64,000 bases of DNA from an uncultured virus (IMG/VR IMGVR_UViG_3300029305_001437) (lineage: Duplodnaviria > Heunggongvirae > Uroviricota > Caudoviricetes): IMG/VR virus record IMGVR_UViG_3300029305_001437. The stretch is one strand, 5' to 3'. The position numbers and the translations under genes were made by a program. The notes beneath the pieces are model-generated. The model was not told the DNA's origin. It saw only the letters and a list, made by a program, of their open reading frames with translations, and searched no databases. Of the stretch, positions 63,981 through 64,000 are shown in pieces. Positions within the stretch are counted from its first letter, which is position 1. Each line of letters opens with the position of its first letter.

Positions 63981-64000
63981 ATGGCAAAGAGAATTGAGGT
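63981..64000 (+). CDS. Start of the next gene (partial, MAKRIE...)
   Basis: GGAGG RBS before ATG; truncated by the window edge. Confidence 0.6.

Larger units (their letters stand above)
1..64000. mobile_element. Temperate tailed phage genome segment (Bacillota host inferred)
   Basis: Lysis, integrase, CI/Cro, Bet, RusA, SSB and DnaC-like modules are present and no host core genes are seen. Confidence 0.95.

Noticed and set aside
1100..64000. Second DGR variable repeat elsewhere in the window
   Set aside because: I noticed no other match to the TR constant segments (for example GGCCTGTGCCCCCG); a computational scan should confirm this

Overview
The whole window is phage DNA, with no host housekeeping genes. 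It looks like a temperate Bacillota (Clostridia-like) tailed phage: AGGAGG ribosome-binding sites, sigmaA-type promoters and almost all genes on the + strand. In order it contains: (1) a diversity-generating retroelement (DGR) at 1-2608, made of the 3' end of the target gene with its variable repeat, a hairpin, an unusual tandem two-domain Avd-like accessory gene, the template repeat and the reverse transcriptase; (2) a lysis cassette at ~3.5-7.3 kb; (3) a ~34 kb array of short, mostly unknown ORFs (7.9-41.9 kb) that includes a GIY-YIG protein, a DUF4236 moron, a C5 methyltransferase, a MazF/PemK-like protein, dUTPase and an ASCH-like protein; (4) a large serine recombinase, an origin-like iteron block and a CI/Cro switch at 42-45.4 kb; (5) recombination and replication genes (nuclease, Bet, replisome organiser, DnaC-like ATPase, RusA, SSB, DUF5131, an RtcB broken by a single stop, a late activator); (6) a second small-ORF module and a DUF4160/DUF2442 pair. 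The non-coding DNA is highly structured: six related promoters with a 16-bp spacer, a dispersed TTACC-N4-GGTAA operator, and about 13 co-oriented degenerate 65-90 bp intergenic elements in two families. Family assignments come from motifs recognised by eye, not from database searches.
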